64,000 bases of DNA, from NCBI GenBank assembly GCA_002269645.1, contig NIVC01002742.1, positions 1 to 64,000 of the forward strand, in the 5' to 3' direction. The translations under genes were made by a program, and so were the position numbers. This document shows, one piece after another, positions 13,100 through 27,400 of this stretch (the stretch's first letter is position 1; each line of letters opens with the position of its first letter). Source of the DNA: Macrostomum lignano (lineage: Eukaryota). Below the pieces are notes generated by a model. That model had not been told where the DNA came from. It saw only the letters and a program-made list of their open reading frames with translations, and did not search any database.

Positions 13100-13400
13100 A
13101 TTATCTAATGAACTGCCTGATGAAGAATCAAATGAACTGTCTGATGAAGAATCAAATGAACTGCCTGATGAAGAATCAAATGAACTGCCTGATGAAGAAT
13201 CAAATGAACTGTCTGATGAAGAATCAAATGAAAGTCTGTGTGTTGAAGAATCTAATGAAATGTTTGATGAAGAGTCAAATGAACTGTCTGATGAAGAATC
13301 AAATGAACTGTCTGATGAAGAATCAAATGAAAGTCTGTGTGTTGAAGAATCTAATGAAATGTTTGATTAAGAATCAAATGAACTTTCTGATGAAGAATTA
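13100..13400. repeat. 24-bp minisatellite TGATGAAGAATCAAATGAACTGTC (3' of hb)
   Basis: Tandem units. Confidence 0.9.
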
Positions 13401-14879
13401 AATAAAAGCTGATAAACACTCAAACAAATTGATTCTGTTAAAAGAAGTCTGATAAATATTCAGCATCTTATCAGTTATGAATACAGTGCCATATGCATTG
13501 ATACACGCAATAACCAACATTTAAGAAGGATCCTATTGCTATACCACAATTTAGTAAATCTCATTAACGCTCATTGATTTTTAGTATTGAAAGCGGTCTT
13601 TTGCGCCCCTGGGATTTCCCATAGCATAGCATAGCATAGAGGGCCATAGCATTAAAGACCTCGGAAAGCATGCTCTACATGTATTATTACATTAATGACA
13701 CTACCAATATTTTATCAATTGTCTTGGTTACGAGCTGCATGTACAAGGCAGGCAATGCCTTTCTTAGAAACAAAAATTTAGCCTCTTAACATCAGCTCAG
13801 TCGAATTGTTTTCAGTGATTTGCATGTTGTTCTCACAATTTTCTGGCTCAAATATAAAAGCATTTTTAATGCCCATAAATTCTATTAAAATTTGCTTGTG
13901 GGATGTGCGAACCTTTGTGCAACACCTTCGTCGGCTACATCGTCACGCAACCAGCGCTGATGTTCACACAGGATGTTACTGGATGTACACATCAGCGGCC
14001 CCTGATTTCTAATCGCCGTCTCTGTACCTTTGGGATTGGCACTCATGGCTCTGAATCAGAAATTGGGAAATTCCCATTAGTTGGAATAATTCCCATAGTT
14101 GCCCATTTGAGGCAGACGTCCAATTTACATTAGATCCAACCCTTCAATAAAAAGATATCAAGTGATGGGATTTACGTAACCTGGTTAAAAAAATTACGAG
14201 ACGGAAAAATGACAAAATATATATATTAGTTTTTGTTAAACAATTTAGCAAAAGCTTTTATTAACTTGTTTATTATTTACTGACAGACAGTAAAGAATCT
14301 TTTCAAGTTCAGATTTATTAAACTGACACAGATTATAGAAGCTTGGGTTTAGTTTGCCTGATTTTAGTACTTTTTGTTTAAATTTGACAAAATATTTAAA
14401 AGTTTTAAAATATGTTACGCGCGCGGTCTGAAGAGCTAAGTATCTCATGAACGAACTGCCATTTATAAAATAATATATGCGGAACCAGAGAAGTCAAGGT
14501 CAGATAAGAAGCCAATAAAAATCATGATTCAACAAAATTATAAAGTAAATAATAATAAAAAGCAATAGCAAAACAAAATCTGATTATAACAAAGGCAGTA
14601 GCTTCAAGGTAAGCATGTTGAACTTCAATTTTTGTTTATAGTTTAGAAAATATTTTGTGCACTTTTTTAAAAAAATCTGCTTAAAAGCAAATAGATTTTT
14701 ACTACTATCAGTAGGCAGGTGGTGAATATATTCGTTCGCAATATATAAACTAGTTTAATTAAAAATAAGCGATACGCCATCCAGGAGAATTCTAAAGCAG
14801 CTGATAAGCGAGCCAAACAGTAAACTTTTAAATAAAGAAAATGTAATGAAAATAATAGCATAAAATAGTAGCGAGTAAT

Positions 14880-14965
14880 ATATAATATTAGTATTTGTCA
14901 ATAATAATAGTAATAATAATAATAATAATAATATAATAATAATAACAGCTAATATAATAACAATA
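14880..14965. repeat. (AAT)n microsatellite, degenerate
   Basis: aataataat runs. Confidence 0.75.
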
Positions 14966-15233
14966 ATGATAGAATTAACAATATTGATGAAAGCAATACT
15001 CGCTCCATCCAAGCCTAGCAAGAACTTTTAAAATTTTAAACCTGTCATTTCATTACAACAATTATATAAGGCCGTCATAATGACTTGTTACGGAGATGCA
15101 TGACTCTAAAAGCGAATAATTTTTTTTTAAATAATACGAGTCAAGCTAAGTTTTAAATATCTTTAAAATGTGTTTTCATTCTGTGTTCCAGTCAAAATCT
15201 GCTGATCCCGAGCCTGGCTCCACCCGGTTTTGA

Positions 15234-15476
15234 TTAGAAATTCGCCACGATAACTCCGTAGGCCTTGAGCGCGGACATGACAATGTAGAATAGCCACAGG
15301 GAGCAGAGAATTCCGCCGGACACGAACTTCAGTGTCCGGTTGCCACCCAACTCGCTGCAGCCGAACGGCTTCATGAAGCGGCGCAGTATGAGCAGCACAA
15401 TGGCCAGCATGGAGCACACGGTGTACAGGATGACGGAGAACACCAAGTCACCTGCGGGCACGTTGAAGCTGCCATC
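15234..15476 (-). CDS. NCX: NCX exon 7 (C-terminal TMs)
   Basis: DGSFNVPAGDLVFSV...ELGG...LWLFYIVMSALKAYG, stop TAG. Confidence 0.93.
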   Translation of the reverse strand, partial: DGSFNVPAGDLVFSVILYTVCSMLAIVLLILRRFMKPFGCSELGGNRTLKFVSGGILCSLWLFYIVMSALKAYGVIVANF

Positions 15477-18400
15477 CTGGTGTTGGGGAAGGAATTAGTT
15501 GGACGAGTATGCAATTAATGGATAAATGGACGCAGTCGGCCATGAAAGAAAACCCCCCCAACAAGGCTCAGAGAGTGTACATGTCTGACGATTAGAAAGT
15601 CAGGGCCGCTGTACACACTGTGTGAGCGCATGCCTGAGTACGAATCGTTGCAATGACAATTAGCTAACTACAAAATTAGTTTCTAATTTTCAGTTTTTAT
15701 TAATATCGGGAGATCCAACCCTGACGCACAAAATTTAAGAACACAGACTTAACATTTTAACCTTCTCAAACAATAATCAAGTCTCCAGCCCTCTAGACCG
15801 GTGGCATCAGGTGACTATAGGCAAGCCTCAACTCTCAAGTATTCCGGCCCTGTCATCACACCGACTCCGTCGACACCTTCAATGGGTGGCACTGCAGCAG
15901 TTGAGGTTTGCCAACTTTTGAGGCTTTGATAAGCGAAACTATGGAGAAATGTATGCTTCATCTCTGACTCACGAGTCTTACCGTCTCCAAGGGTCTCCCC
16001 AGTGAGTCAGATGTTAGCAGCCCTCAATTTGCATTAATAATTCACTCAGCTCAGCAGCCTAACATACAGACAGGCTGTCCTAGCCAGGAACAGACGCTAC
16101 GGTTGCCATTGACAACGGGACAGGAGGCATCTGTAGCCAGGTGCGACACAGCTTCAATTCATCTCATACGAGTAGACGAAGATCTGAGACCCGGGTCTTA
16201 TTAAACACAGGCTTCGTAACCACAGGCTAAAATCCCGTGAAATTCATCTCCAATAGCGACCGTATCCAAGGTCAACGATGCAGAATTTTAGTGACAGACT
16301 GTACGTACTGCTACGACTTTTAGCGTTGTAATCTTTGACTGTACACTGCGTTTATATCCTAGCCACGTGTCATAAACTGTGATACATGCCCTGTAGCCCA
16401 AATACCTTTTGGGAACTCCAGCGCGTATTCAGAAACTCGTTCATTTTTAACTTGATTTGGCTGCCGATCGATGTCAATTTAATTTAATTTGGCACATAAA
16501 ATTATCGCTGAATTCAGCTGAACTAACTAGCGAGGGGTTTTCCTTCGATCCAGTCACGAAACGAAGCATGATTTTTATTGCATCAATTTCTCAGCTTTTT
16601 AGCTAATTGGAATCAACTGGATTCACAAAGCTTATGAATGTCTATGAAATGAAAATCAGGGGCGTGGCCATGGATTTTATGGTGGGAGGACAAAACCAGG
16701 AATTCTAAATGTACATTATGTTTAGAATCTGTGTTCGGTGTTTCATTTTGGCGCCGCAGGCACTCATTTTGGCGCCGCAGGCACTCATTTTGGCGCCACA
16801 GGCACTCATTTTGGCGCCGCAGACAGGCTCTCATTTTCACGCCGCAGGCACTCATTTTGGCGCCGCAGACAGGCTCTCATTTTCACGCCGCAGGCACTCA
16901 TTTTAGCGCCGCAGGCACTCATTTTGGCGCCACAGGCACTCATTTTGGCGCCGCAGGCACTCATTTTGGCGCCGCAGACAGGCTCGCATTTTCACGCCGC
17001 AGGCACTCATTTTGGCGCCGCAGGCACTCATTTTGGCGCCGCAGACAGGCTCTCATTTTCACGCCACAGGCACTCATTTTGGCGCCGCAGGCACTCATTT
17101 TGGCGCCGCAGACAGGCTCTCATTTTCACGCCGCAGGCACTCATTTTGGCGCCGCAGACAGGCACTCATTTTGGCGCCGCAGGCACTCATTTTGGCGCCG
17201 CAGACAGGCTCTCATTTTCACGCCGCAGGCACTCATTTTAGCGCCGCAGGCACTCATTTTGGCGCCGCAGGCACTCATTTTGGCGCCACAGGCACTCATT
17301 TTGGCGCCGCAGGCACTCATTTTAGCGCCGCAGGCACTCATTTTAGCGCCACAGGCACTCATTTTGGCGCCACAGGCACTCATTTTGGCGCCACAGGCAC
17401 TCATTTTGGCGCCACAGGCACTCATTTTGGCGCCACAGGCACTATTTTTTGTCACCCTGAAGCAAAATTTTTCATTTACGGGTCACAAGGTAGGGTGGGG
17501 GACAAAGCATTGACATGTCCCCCCTGTCCTCCCTGTCCCCCGGTGGCGACGCCCCTGATGAAAATGTTTATGGATGTACTTTTCCTGACTATGAGAAAGT
17601 CGGACCTGCTGTACACCCTGTGTGAGCGCGTGCTCGGGTGCCATAAACCTGCTGCTACCATCAAGCATCCAGCATGTGGCTGTTTACCTTGGCAGTGTGG
17701 TAGATTGCAGCAATCATCCAGGGCAGCCCGAGGCCCAGGAAAACGTTCACCGAGTTGCTGCCAGTCACGTTGCCAACTGCGTTGTCAGCGGAGTCGTCCG
17801 CCGTGGCGGCCTGCTTGCTGGCGAACAGGTCCGGCAGAGAGGTGCCCAACGCAACGAAGGTGATGGCGGTCACCGAGTCTTTCAGGCCGACCAGGCAACC
17901 GAAGATCGACGCCAAATCGCCGATGATGGCGGTGAGCATGCCGATCATGGCCAGCGAGACAAAGAAGCAGAGCCAGCCGCCCCAGATGCTGGGCGGCGGA
18001 ATCACCGCGAATATTATCTGTGGAATGACGATGGCTCAGGTGGATGCTCTAATCACGGAATCCTAGTGTCTGTCCTAGTTTCTGTCCTAGTGTCTGTCCT
18101 AGAGTCTGTCCTAGTGTCTGTCCTAGTGTCTGTCCTAGAGTCTGTCCTAGTGTCTGTCCTAGTGTCTGTCCTAGAGTCTGTCCTAGTGTCTGTCCTAGTG
18201 TCTGTCCTAGAGTCTGTCCTAGTGTCTGTCCTAGTGTCTGTCCTAGAGCTTGTCCTAGTGTCTGTCCTAGAGTCTGTCCTAGTGTCTGTCCTAGTGTGTG
18301 TCCTAGTGTCTGTCCTAGTGTCTGTCCTAGTGTCTGTCCTAGAGTCTGTCCTAGTGTCTGTCCTAGTGTCTGTCCTAGTGTCTGTCCTAGAGTCTGTCCT

Positions 18401-21400
18401 AGAGTCTGTCCTAGAGTCTGTCCTAGTCCTAGTGTCTGTCCTAGTGTCTGTCCTAGTGTCTGTCCTAGAGTCTGTCCTAGAGTCTGTCCTAGTGTCTGTC
18501 CTAGTGTCTGTCCTAGTGTCTGTCCTAGAGTCTGTCCTAGAAACTGTCCTAGAGTCTGTCCTAGAGTCTGTCCTAGTCCTAGTGTCTGTCCTAGAGTCTG
18601 TCCTAGAGTCTGTCCTAGAGTCTGTCCTAGTCCTAGTGTCTGTCCTAGAGCTTGTCCTAGTGTCTGTCCTAGAGTCTGTCCTAGAGCTTGTCCTAGTGTC
18701 TGTCCTAGAGCTTGTCCTAGTGTCTGTCCTAGAGTCTGTCCTAGTGTCTGTCCTAGTGTCTGTCCTAGAGTCTGTCCTAGAGTCTGTCCTAGTGTCTGTC
18801 CTAGTGTCTGTCCTAGAGTCTGTCCTAGAGTCTGTCCTAAAGTCTGTCCTAGTCCTAGTGTCTGTCCTAGAGTCTGTCCTAGAGTCTGTCCTAGAGTCTG
18901 TCCTAGAGTCTGTCCTAGAGTCTGTCCTAGAGTCTGTCCTAGAGTCTGTCCTAGTCCTAGAGTCTGTCCTAGTGTCTGTCCTAGAGTCTGTCCTGGTGTC
19001 TGTCCTGGTGTCTGTCCTAGAGTCTGTCCTAGTGTCTGTCCTAGTGTCTGTCCTAGTGTCTGTCCTAGAGTCTGTCCTAGAGTCTGTCCTAGAGTCTGTC
19101 CTAGTCCTAGTGTCTGTCCTAGTGTCTGTCCTAGAGTCTGTCCTAGAGTCTGTCCTAGAGTCTGTCCTAGAGTCTGTCCTAGAGTCTGTCCTAGTGTCTG
19201 TCCTAGTGTCTGTCCTAGAGTCTGTCCTAGAGTCTGTCCTAGTGTCTGTCCTAGTCCTAGAGTCTGTCCTAGTGTCTGTCCTAGTGTCTGCCCTAGTGTG
19301 TGTCCTAGAGTCTGTCCTAGTGTCTGTCCTAGTGTCTGTCCTAGTGTGTGTCCTAGAGTCTGTCCTAGAGTCTGTCCTAGTCCTAGTGTCTGTCCTAGTG
19401 TCTGTCCTAGTGTCTGTCCTAGAGTCTGTCCTAGAGTCTGTCCTAGAGTCTGTCCTAGTGTCTGTCCTAGTGTCTGTCCTAGTGTGTGTCCTAGAGTCTG
19501 TCCTAGAGTCTGTCCTAGTCCTAGTGTCTGTCCTAGTGTCTGTCCTAGTGTCTGTCCTAGAGTCTGTCCTAGAGTCTGTCCTAGTGTCTGTCCTAGTGTC
19601 TGTCCTAGTGTGTGTCCTAGATTCTGTCCTAGAGTCTGTCCTAGTCCTAGTGTCTGTCCTAGTGTCTGTCCTAGTGTCTGTCCTAGAGTCTGTCCTAGAG
19701 TCTGTCCTAGTGTCTGTCCTAGAGTCTGTCCTAGTCCTAGTGTCTGTCCTAGAGTCTCTCCTAGAGTCTGTCCTAGAGTCTGTCCTAGTCCTAGTGTCTG
19801 TCCTAGTGTCTGTCCTAGAGTCTGTCCTAGAGTCTGTCCTAGTGTCTGTCCTAGTGTCTGTCCTAGAGCTTGTCCTAGTGTCTGTCCTAGAGTCTGTCCT
19901 AGAGTCTGTCCTAGAGTCTGTCCTAGAGTCTGTCCTAGTCCTAGAGTCTGTCCTAGTGTCTGTCCTAGTGTCTGTCCTAGAGTCTGTCCTAGTGTCTGTC
20001 CTGGAGTCTGTCCTAGAGTCTGTCCTAGAGTCTGTCCTAGAGTTTGTCCTAGTGTCTGTCCTAGAGTCTGTCCTAGAGTCTGTCCTAGAGTCTGTCCTAG
20101 AGTCTGTCCTAGAGTCTGTCCTAGTGTCTGTCCTAGAGTCTGTCCTAGAGTCTGTCCTAGAGTCTGTCCTAGTGTCTGTCCTAGTGTCTGTCCTAGAGTC
20201 TGTCCTAGAGTCTGTCCTAGAGTCTGTCCTAGTCCTAGTGTCTGTCCTAGAGTCTGTCCTAGTGTCTGTCCTAGTGTCTGTCCTAGTGTCTGTCCTAGAG
20301 TCTGTCTGTCCTATTATCTAGTGTCTGCCGCCTATTTCCGCTTTTCAGTCTAGTGGAGAAACGAAATGCAATCCCCTAACATGGGGCACATTTTGGCATT
20401 TCAGCCTTACTAACGGTACAGAACCAGGTGTGTAAATAAACAGGCAATGCCAATTTTGCAGGCAACTGAGTGCATGACTTTGAATGATTTTTTGCGCGAA
20501 TGCAAACGTAAGTCTGTACCTGTTGCTTAGGGGGAGAGAGAGACGAGAAGATGAATTACCATGGATCAGAGAATGTACTTTCAGAGACAATCAGAGAGAA
20601 AGAGAGAAGGCGGAGTGAGAGAGTGAGAAATAGGAGAGAAGTGCGATGAAAGAGTCAGACAGTGAGGGAGAGGGAGTGAGTGAATGTGAGAGGCAGAGAC
20701 GGAGAGTGAGAGGGAGAGAGATGGAGAGTTACAGGGAGAGAGAGCGAGGGTGAGTGAGAGAGTGGGGGTCAGATGAAGAGACGGAGAGTGAGAGGGAGAG
20801 AGATGGAGAGTTACAGGGAGAGAGAGCGAGGGTGAGTGAGAGAGTGGGGGTCAGATGGAGAGACGGAGAGTGAGAGGGAGAGAGATGGAGAGTTACAGGG
20901 AGAGAGAGCGAGGGTGAGTGAGAGAGTGGGGGTCAGAGGGAGAGACGGAGAGTGAGAGGAGGAGCGAGAGCATCGTGAGGAAATGATGGAATCCATTTTT
21001 AAGTAAAATCCATTTCAAGCCACCAGTGTTCACCCATTTGTATCAAAGTTCGCATTAAAATTGCAGTAAATTTAATTTTTGCCTTGTCCAATTGAAGCTC
21101 ATAGATTAGCCAAACCCAAAGTAAAATTTAAGCGATCTCAGCTTCTCAGGTTCTCGGCTAATTTATCGATTAAACAAGGTTGCTAGAAAAACTGCAGTCA
21201 GCAAAGTCCTGCCCGCTCCCCTCATCCCCATTTTATACCGCACCTTCCAGCCGAAGGTGAAGAAGTGCATCACATAGTCTATGGCCGTGGCGTTCTCAAT
21301 GTCGCCGCCATTGACGTTCATAGCCTGCCGGAACTGGTCCGCGTAGGTGTTCCTGTCCACCCGGATGGCGTCCAGGTCCACGTTGGCGGTGTGAGCCAGG

Positions 21401-24400
21401 CGGCTGATGAACCCGTTGAACTCTGCGGGATTCGGATTTTGGATGGGTTTTCTGACATCAGACATTGATCCTCTGACGTCCCAATTGATCCCCTAACATC
21501 CCGATTGATCTCCTGACACCCCGACTGATTTCCTAGCATTTCAATTGATCCTCTGACATCTTGATTGATCTCCTGACATCCCCAATTGATCTCCTGACAT
21601 CCCAATTGATCTCCTGACATCCCGATTGATCTCCTGACATCCCGATTGATTTCCTGACATCCAGATTGATCTCCTGACATCCAGATTGATCTCCTGACAC
21701 CCCGATTGATCTCCTGACATCCCAATTGATCTCCTGACATCCCCAATTGATCTCCTGACATCCCGATTGATCTCCTGACATCCCGATTAATCTCCTGACA
21801 TCCCGATTGATCTCCTGACATCCCGATTAATCTCCTGACATCCCGATTGATCTCCTGACATCCCGATTAATCTCCTGACATCCCGATTAATCTCCTGACA
21901 TCCCGATTGATCTCCTGACATCCCGATTGATCTCCTGACATCCCGATTGATCTCCTGACATCCAGATTGATCTCCTGACATCCAAATTGATCTCCTGACA
22001 TCCCGATTGATCTCCTGACATCCCAATTGATCTCCTGACATCCCCAATTGATCTCCTGACATCCAGATTGATCTCCTGACATCCCGATTAATCTCCTGAC
22101 ATCCCGATTGATCTCCTGACATCCCGATTAATCTCCTGACATCCCGATTGATCTCCTGACATCCCGATTAATCTCCTGACATCCCGATTGATCTCCTGAC
22201 ATCCCGATTGATCTCCTGACATCCCGATTAATCTCCTGACATCCCGATTGATCTCCTGACATCCCGATTGATCTCCTGACATCCAGATTGATCTCCTGAC
22301 ATCCTACCCGATTACCTAACATTCACTTTTGTTCCTGATCTTGAAACAAACAATTCTTAATTCATTAAACCCATTTTCCGATATCCAACTCTTATCCCCT
22401 GACACTCATTTCGCAATCCCCCGACGCCCTACCGTCGTCATCCACAATGGTGATGATGGTGGCGCTGGTCTGGCCCAGCTTGGCACCCTCGCTGCACTCG
22501 GTCAGCAGCAGCTTGAAGTGCTCGTCCTTTTCCTTTTTCTGTTTTGAAATTAATAAAGTACATGTTGACCGATGTCAGGAACTGAGGGTAGCTACGTGTG
22601 CGTTTTTTACAATAGATTGTTAGCTAATTGATTTTAATATTGGCTACAGTCGTAGAAGCACTGAATGAAAAATCTCTCTTATAGTGAGTGCACTTCCTGC
22701 CTGCCTGCCTGCTCGCTTGACTGCTTCACCAGCGTCTCTTATCGCTTCTTGTTATAAAAATAGGAATAACAATAATATTGCTTCTATTGTTGTGAGACAG
22801 TTCTTTGCCTTTGCCAACTGATATATCGGTATTGAAGTAAGCCTTCTATCAAAGTTAGTTGACGTTTGGATTATACCAGTAAGCCTACTGACAAGGAGCT
22901 GACTTTACATTGCTACGCTCGTATATAAATATATGTTCAAGGACAGTACGCTCGTACTGCAATATCATGATGTTAACGTTAAAAAATTACTTAAACAGTG
23001 TTTCTGGAAGGAGAGAAATTGAGAGGGTGAGACGGAGGATGAGAGGGTGAGACGGAGGGTGAGAGGGTGAGACGGAGGGTGAGAGGGTGAGACTATGGAT
23101 GAGAGGGTGAGACGGAGGATAAGAGGGCGAGGCGGAGGACGATAGGGTCAGATGGAGGGAGAGGGTGAAAGAGAGGATGAGAGGGCGAGGCGGAGGATGA
23201 TAGGGTGAGATGGAGGGTGAGAGGGTGAGAGAGAGGATGAGAGGGTGAGAGAGAGGATGAGAGGGTGAGATAATGAATGAAAGGGTGAGTCGGAGGGTGA
23301 GAGAGTGAGACGGAGGATGAGAGGGTGAGACGATGGATGAGAGGGTGAGATAATGAATGAAAAGGTGAGACGGAGGGTGAGAGGGTGAATCGGAGGGTGA
23401 GAGGGTGAGACGGAGGGTGAGATGGTGAGTCGGAGTGTGAGAGAGTGAGACGGAGGATGAGAGGGTGAGACGGAGGATGAGAGGGTGAGACGGAGGGTGA
23501 GAGGGTTAGGCGAAGGGTGAGAGGGTGAGACGGAGGGTGAGAGGGTTAGGCGAAGGGTGAGAGGGTGAGACGGAGGGTGAGAGGGTGAGACGATGGATGA
23601 AAGGGTGAGTCGAAGGGTGAGAGAGTGAGACGGAGGATAAGAGGGCGAGGCGGAGGATGATAGGGTGAGATGGAGGGTGAGAGAATGAGAGAGAGGATGA
23701 GAGGAAGAGGCGGAGGGAGAAAGAATAATGAAAAAGACCCATCACCTAAAGCAGTGATTGCATCATCGCCAGCCGGAACTCACCTGATCGTCATAGATGG
23801 CCACCTCGATGGTCTTTTCAATTTCGCCGTGATTGAAAATCAGCTCGCCGCTGGAGGCCTCATAGTCGCAGCCGGCGCGGGCGGTCTGGTCCTCGGTCTT
23901 CCACGACACCTTCGCCACTCCGTCCGCTCCGTTCACCCGGCGAACTGGCACGGTGGCGCGGCCGCAGCTCTCCTTGAACAGGTAGCTGGCGTTCACGAAC
24001 TCGAAGGTGCCCGGCTCTGGCAGGTTGGTTTGGGACATGTTTAGCTCTGGCTGACCCTCTCCTCTGCATGTTGTCTACTCTCTACTCTCTACTCTCTACT
24101 CTCTACTCTCTACTCTCTACTCTCTACTCTCTACTCTCTACTCTCTACTCTCTACTCTCTACTCTCTACTCTCTACCATCTACTCCTTTCTCTCTACTGT
24201 CTACTGTCTACTGTCTACTCTTTACTCTCTACTCTCTACTCTCTACCATCTACTCTTTTCTCTCTACTCTCTACTCTCTACTCTCTACTCTCTACTCGCT
24301 ACTCGCTACTCTCTAATCTCTACTCTCTACTGTCTACCATCTACTCTTTTCTCTCTACTGTCTACTATCTACTGTCTACTCTCTACTCTCTACTCTCTAC

Positions 24401-27400
24401 TCTCTACTCTCTACTCTCTACTCTCTACTCGCTACTCTCTACTCTTTACTTTCTTTAAACTCAAATCTCTACTCTCCACTGTCTACTCTCTACTCTCTAC
24501 TGTCTACTCACTACTCTCTACTCTCTTTATACTCAAATCTCTACTCTCCACTGTCTACTCTCTACTCTCTACTCTCTACTCTCTACTGTCTACTGTCTAC
24601 TCTCTACTCTCGGCTTTTTACTCTACTCTTTTCTCCACTTTTTACTCTGATCTCTACTCTTCACTCTCAATTGTCTACTGTCTATTCTCTACTCTATTTT
24701 CCACTTTCTACTCTAGTATCTACTCTAATCTCAGATCTACTCTCAACTCTCCACCCTCTACTCTCTTTCAAGTCTAAATTTCGTTAAAATTCAGATGAGT
24801 ACAGCAGATTTAAGATTTAATCAGAAATCAGAAACCATATTTTATCTGACGATACCTCATACGAACTCAATCTAAATTCAGTGTGGCAGTCAGAATGCGT
24901 CACATTTTATCTTTTATCAGATGGCTGCAGCACATTCTGTCCTCATTCAGCCTGCTAAATAATTCATTATCGAGACGGCAATTCTCTCCACTCAAAGTGC
25001 TTTCAATCCGTTATATTCTCGCCATCAATAGGGCTCCAGCATCCAGACTCTAGCTAGACCCGTATAGCCTGCGCGAACACAATAGCAGTCAATTTCCCAG
25101 CAACAACTCAACAAACCGTTCTACTTTCTCTGCATACCGCCAGCTGCTTTAGGCGCACGCTGATTTGCTCGATCAAAGCAAGAATTCCATAATAATCTGT
25201 AGTTAGGGACAATATTGATTTGTTATTTCTGCTGCGTTGAATCAGGGCACAGGTTCTGTCTGTTGCCCTTTTCTAAAAATATTAGTATAGCCTCTGCCTC
25301 TGCCTCTGCCTCTGCCTCTGCATCTGCCTCTGCCTCTGCCTCTGCCTCTGCCTCTGCCTCTGCCTCTGCCTCTTCCTCTGCCTCTGCCTCTGCTTCTGCC
25401 TCTGCCTCTGCCTCTGCCTCTGCCTCTGCCTCTCCCCCCATACTCCTCATATCTCCCTTTAAGATCTCTATACCCTAATGTACAGTATCCTCCTATCCTA
25501 TACTAAAGTACATTTTCCGGCCGTTTTTTATCCCCTTGTCTAGTCATGCTAGTGCTTCGACTTCTACAATCAGACCCTGTGCCCTAGGTGCAAACATTTT
25601 TAATCTTATAAATAAGCGTAACTTAACTTTGATATAAAGTGCTAACTTGAGTTAATAGAAGTATATACATCTAGGCAATTCTTGGCTCTTATCGCATGGT
25701 CATACCGTGTTGTGAGCTTGTCTCGAAATTTACTGCTTCCCGAGATAACCTCCCTCGCTACACCGGCGTGAATGATTGAGTATACTATATACACGTATGC
25801 AAATTTCGAACCCTTCTTTACCTTCTGCAACTGAAAACTTGTCTAACAATATTAAATTACTAAGATATTGCAGCCGTACATGCATTGTCGCGCCCAGTCA
25901 TGCATGCCCTTACCTTAGGCAGTCCTACTGCCTCATGCGATATTAGAACAACAGAAACACAGCAGGGGGTCGGTAACATCTACCCGGGTATGGGTGGCCG
26001 GCAGCGGCATTGGTGAATCACAAATAACGTTGCTTGACTTCTGTACTGCGTGACATCGTGAGTTTGAGGGCAAGGGGTGTAGCTGTTGCTGGGTAGATAT
26101 TGTCAGCAGCGAATTCCATCATGAAAATGTTGGCAAGCTTCTACTCTGTAAGTCTCTGTCCAAATGATCAAAGAAACCCTGTCTCACCGTCATCGTTAAT
26201 GATGGTGACCTGGTTGATCTTCTTCGGTCCCAGTCTGGCCAGCTTCTGGTCTTTCTCCAGCGTCAGCTTCACAAAGAACGTCTCGTCGGGCTCCCACTGG
26301 TTGTCGTCGATGATCTCCACGTCCACAGTCTGCTGGGTCTCGTCCGGTTCAAATACGACCGTCTTCTTCAATGGCACGTAATCTTCATTCTTGGTAGCCG
26401 TTCCGTCCACCGTTTCGGCTTTGACTACCACGCGTTGCTTGACGTTGCCATAGCGACGGATGGTCAGTCGGGCTCGCTGGTCCCGTTCCAGCACGGCAAC
26501 GCTGGTTGAGGTGAACTCAACCACGGATAGCCGGCCGTTCTCCGTCAGGGCGTCCTGCTTGGCCTTCAGGTGCGGATCAGACGAGGCTCCGTCGCCGGCG
26601 CCCTCAATCTCGGCCAGTTTGCCCTGCAGCTTCTCCGGCAGCTGCACCTGCAGTTTGTGGCCGCCCATCATCTGCCTAGTGGCGTTGATGCGGTACCAGG
26701 CCCTCGAGTGCGGCATGCCTTCGCTGAACTTCTTCAAGGCCAGCCGACGGACCTCCTCCTCGGTCAGGTTGGGATCTTTGCCGATCTGCTTGATGAACTC
26801 TCGTAGCTTCTCTTCGTTGATGTGGTGCGCGTCGTCTGAGGGATGAAGGTTGGGTTGCACTTTCTAATAACATTATTGTCCGTTACTAAATTTGAAATAC
26901 CATCAGTATCCTGCACTTGCAGTTGATCGCAAGTTTGGGAAGGGCTTATTGTGCTCTGGGGAGGGATTTCACATGTTCACGAAGCCGCTAGGAACGAACC
27001 TTTCGTTCCGAGCCAAGCCACACCCATTGCGTCACGCAATGTGTAGTCAAAATCGTGTGTATATTACGCTAAAAGAAATTTAGCTTATTTGTGCCTTATT
27101 TCTTGTTGGATGCATATTACCTATAGAAGACTTAATTTTCATTCCAGCACGCACGAGTAACCCGAAACCCCTTCTTCTCAATCAGATCCGGGCGGTTATG
27201 TTCCCATCTGACAGTCGCAAAATGCACTGTCAGAGGCTGTTCACTTTTGAGCGACGTATTAGAAATATCCACTATCTAACTGGTCCCTGCTTTTGGGGCC
27301 TTTGTGCAAAATGCCTTTTTGTGACATCACAGAGAGGCTTCCGCATGCCTGAGTATCTCTTCAACTGTCCCCGATCGTGTTTGATGTAGGAAAAGGTTTC

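Noticed and set aside
13100-13400. CTGATGA...GAAA resembling a hammerhead ribozyme core
   Set aside because: No stem II or stem III pairing and no properly placed cleavage triplet.
8233-13401. Repeat-derived ORFs (MCLLVH, HQETG, HSQSIH, MKNQMNCL)
   Set aside because: Translations of 28-, 20-, 37- and 24-bp arrays with no domain similarity.
17622-20353. 899-aa VLVS/VLES and 685-aa CPSV/CPRV ORFs
   Set aside because: The 12-bp satellite lacks stops in these frames and lies antisense within NCX intron 5.
25215-25478. Poly-AS and poly-EA ORFs
   Set aside because: Translation of an intronic (GCCTCT)n microsatellite.
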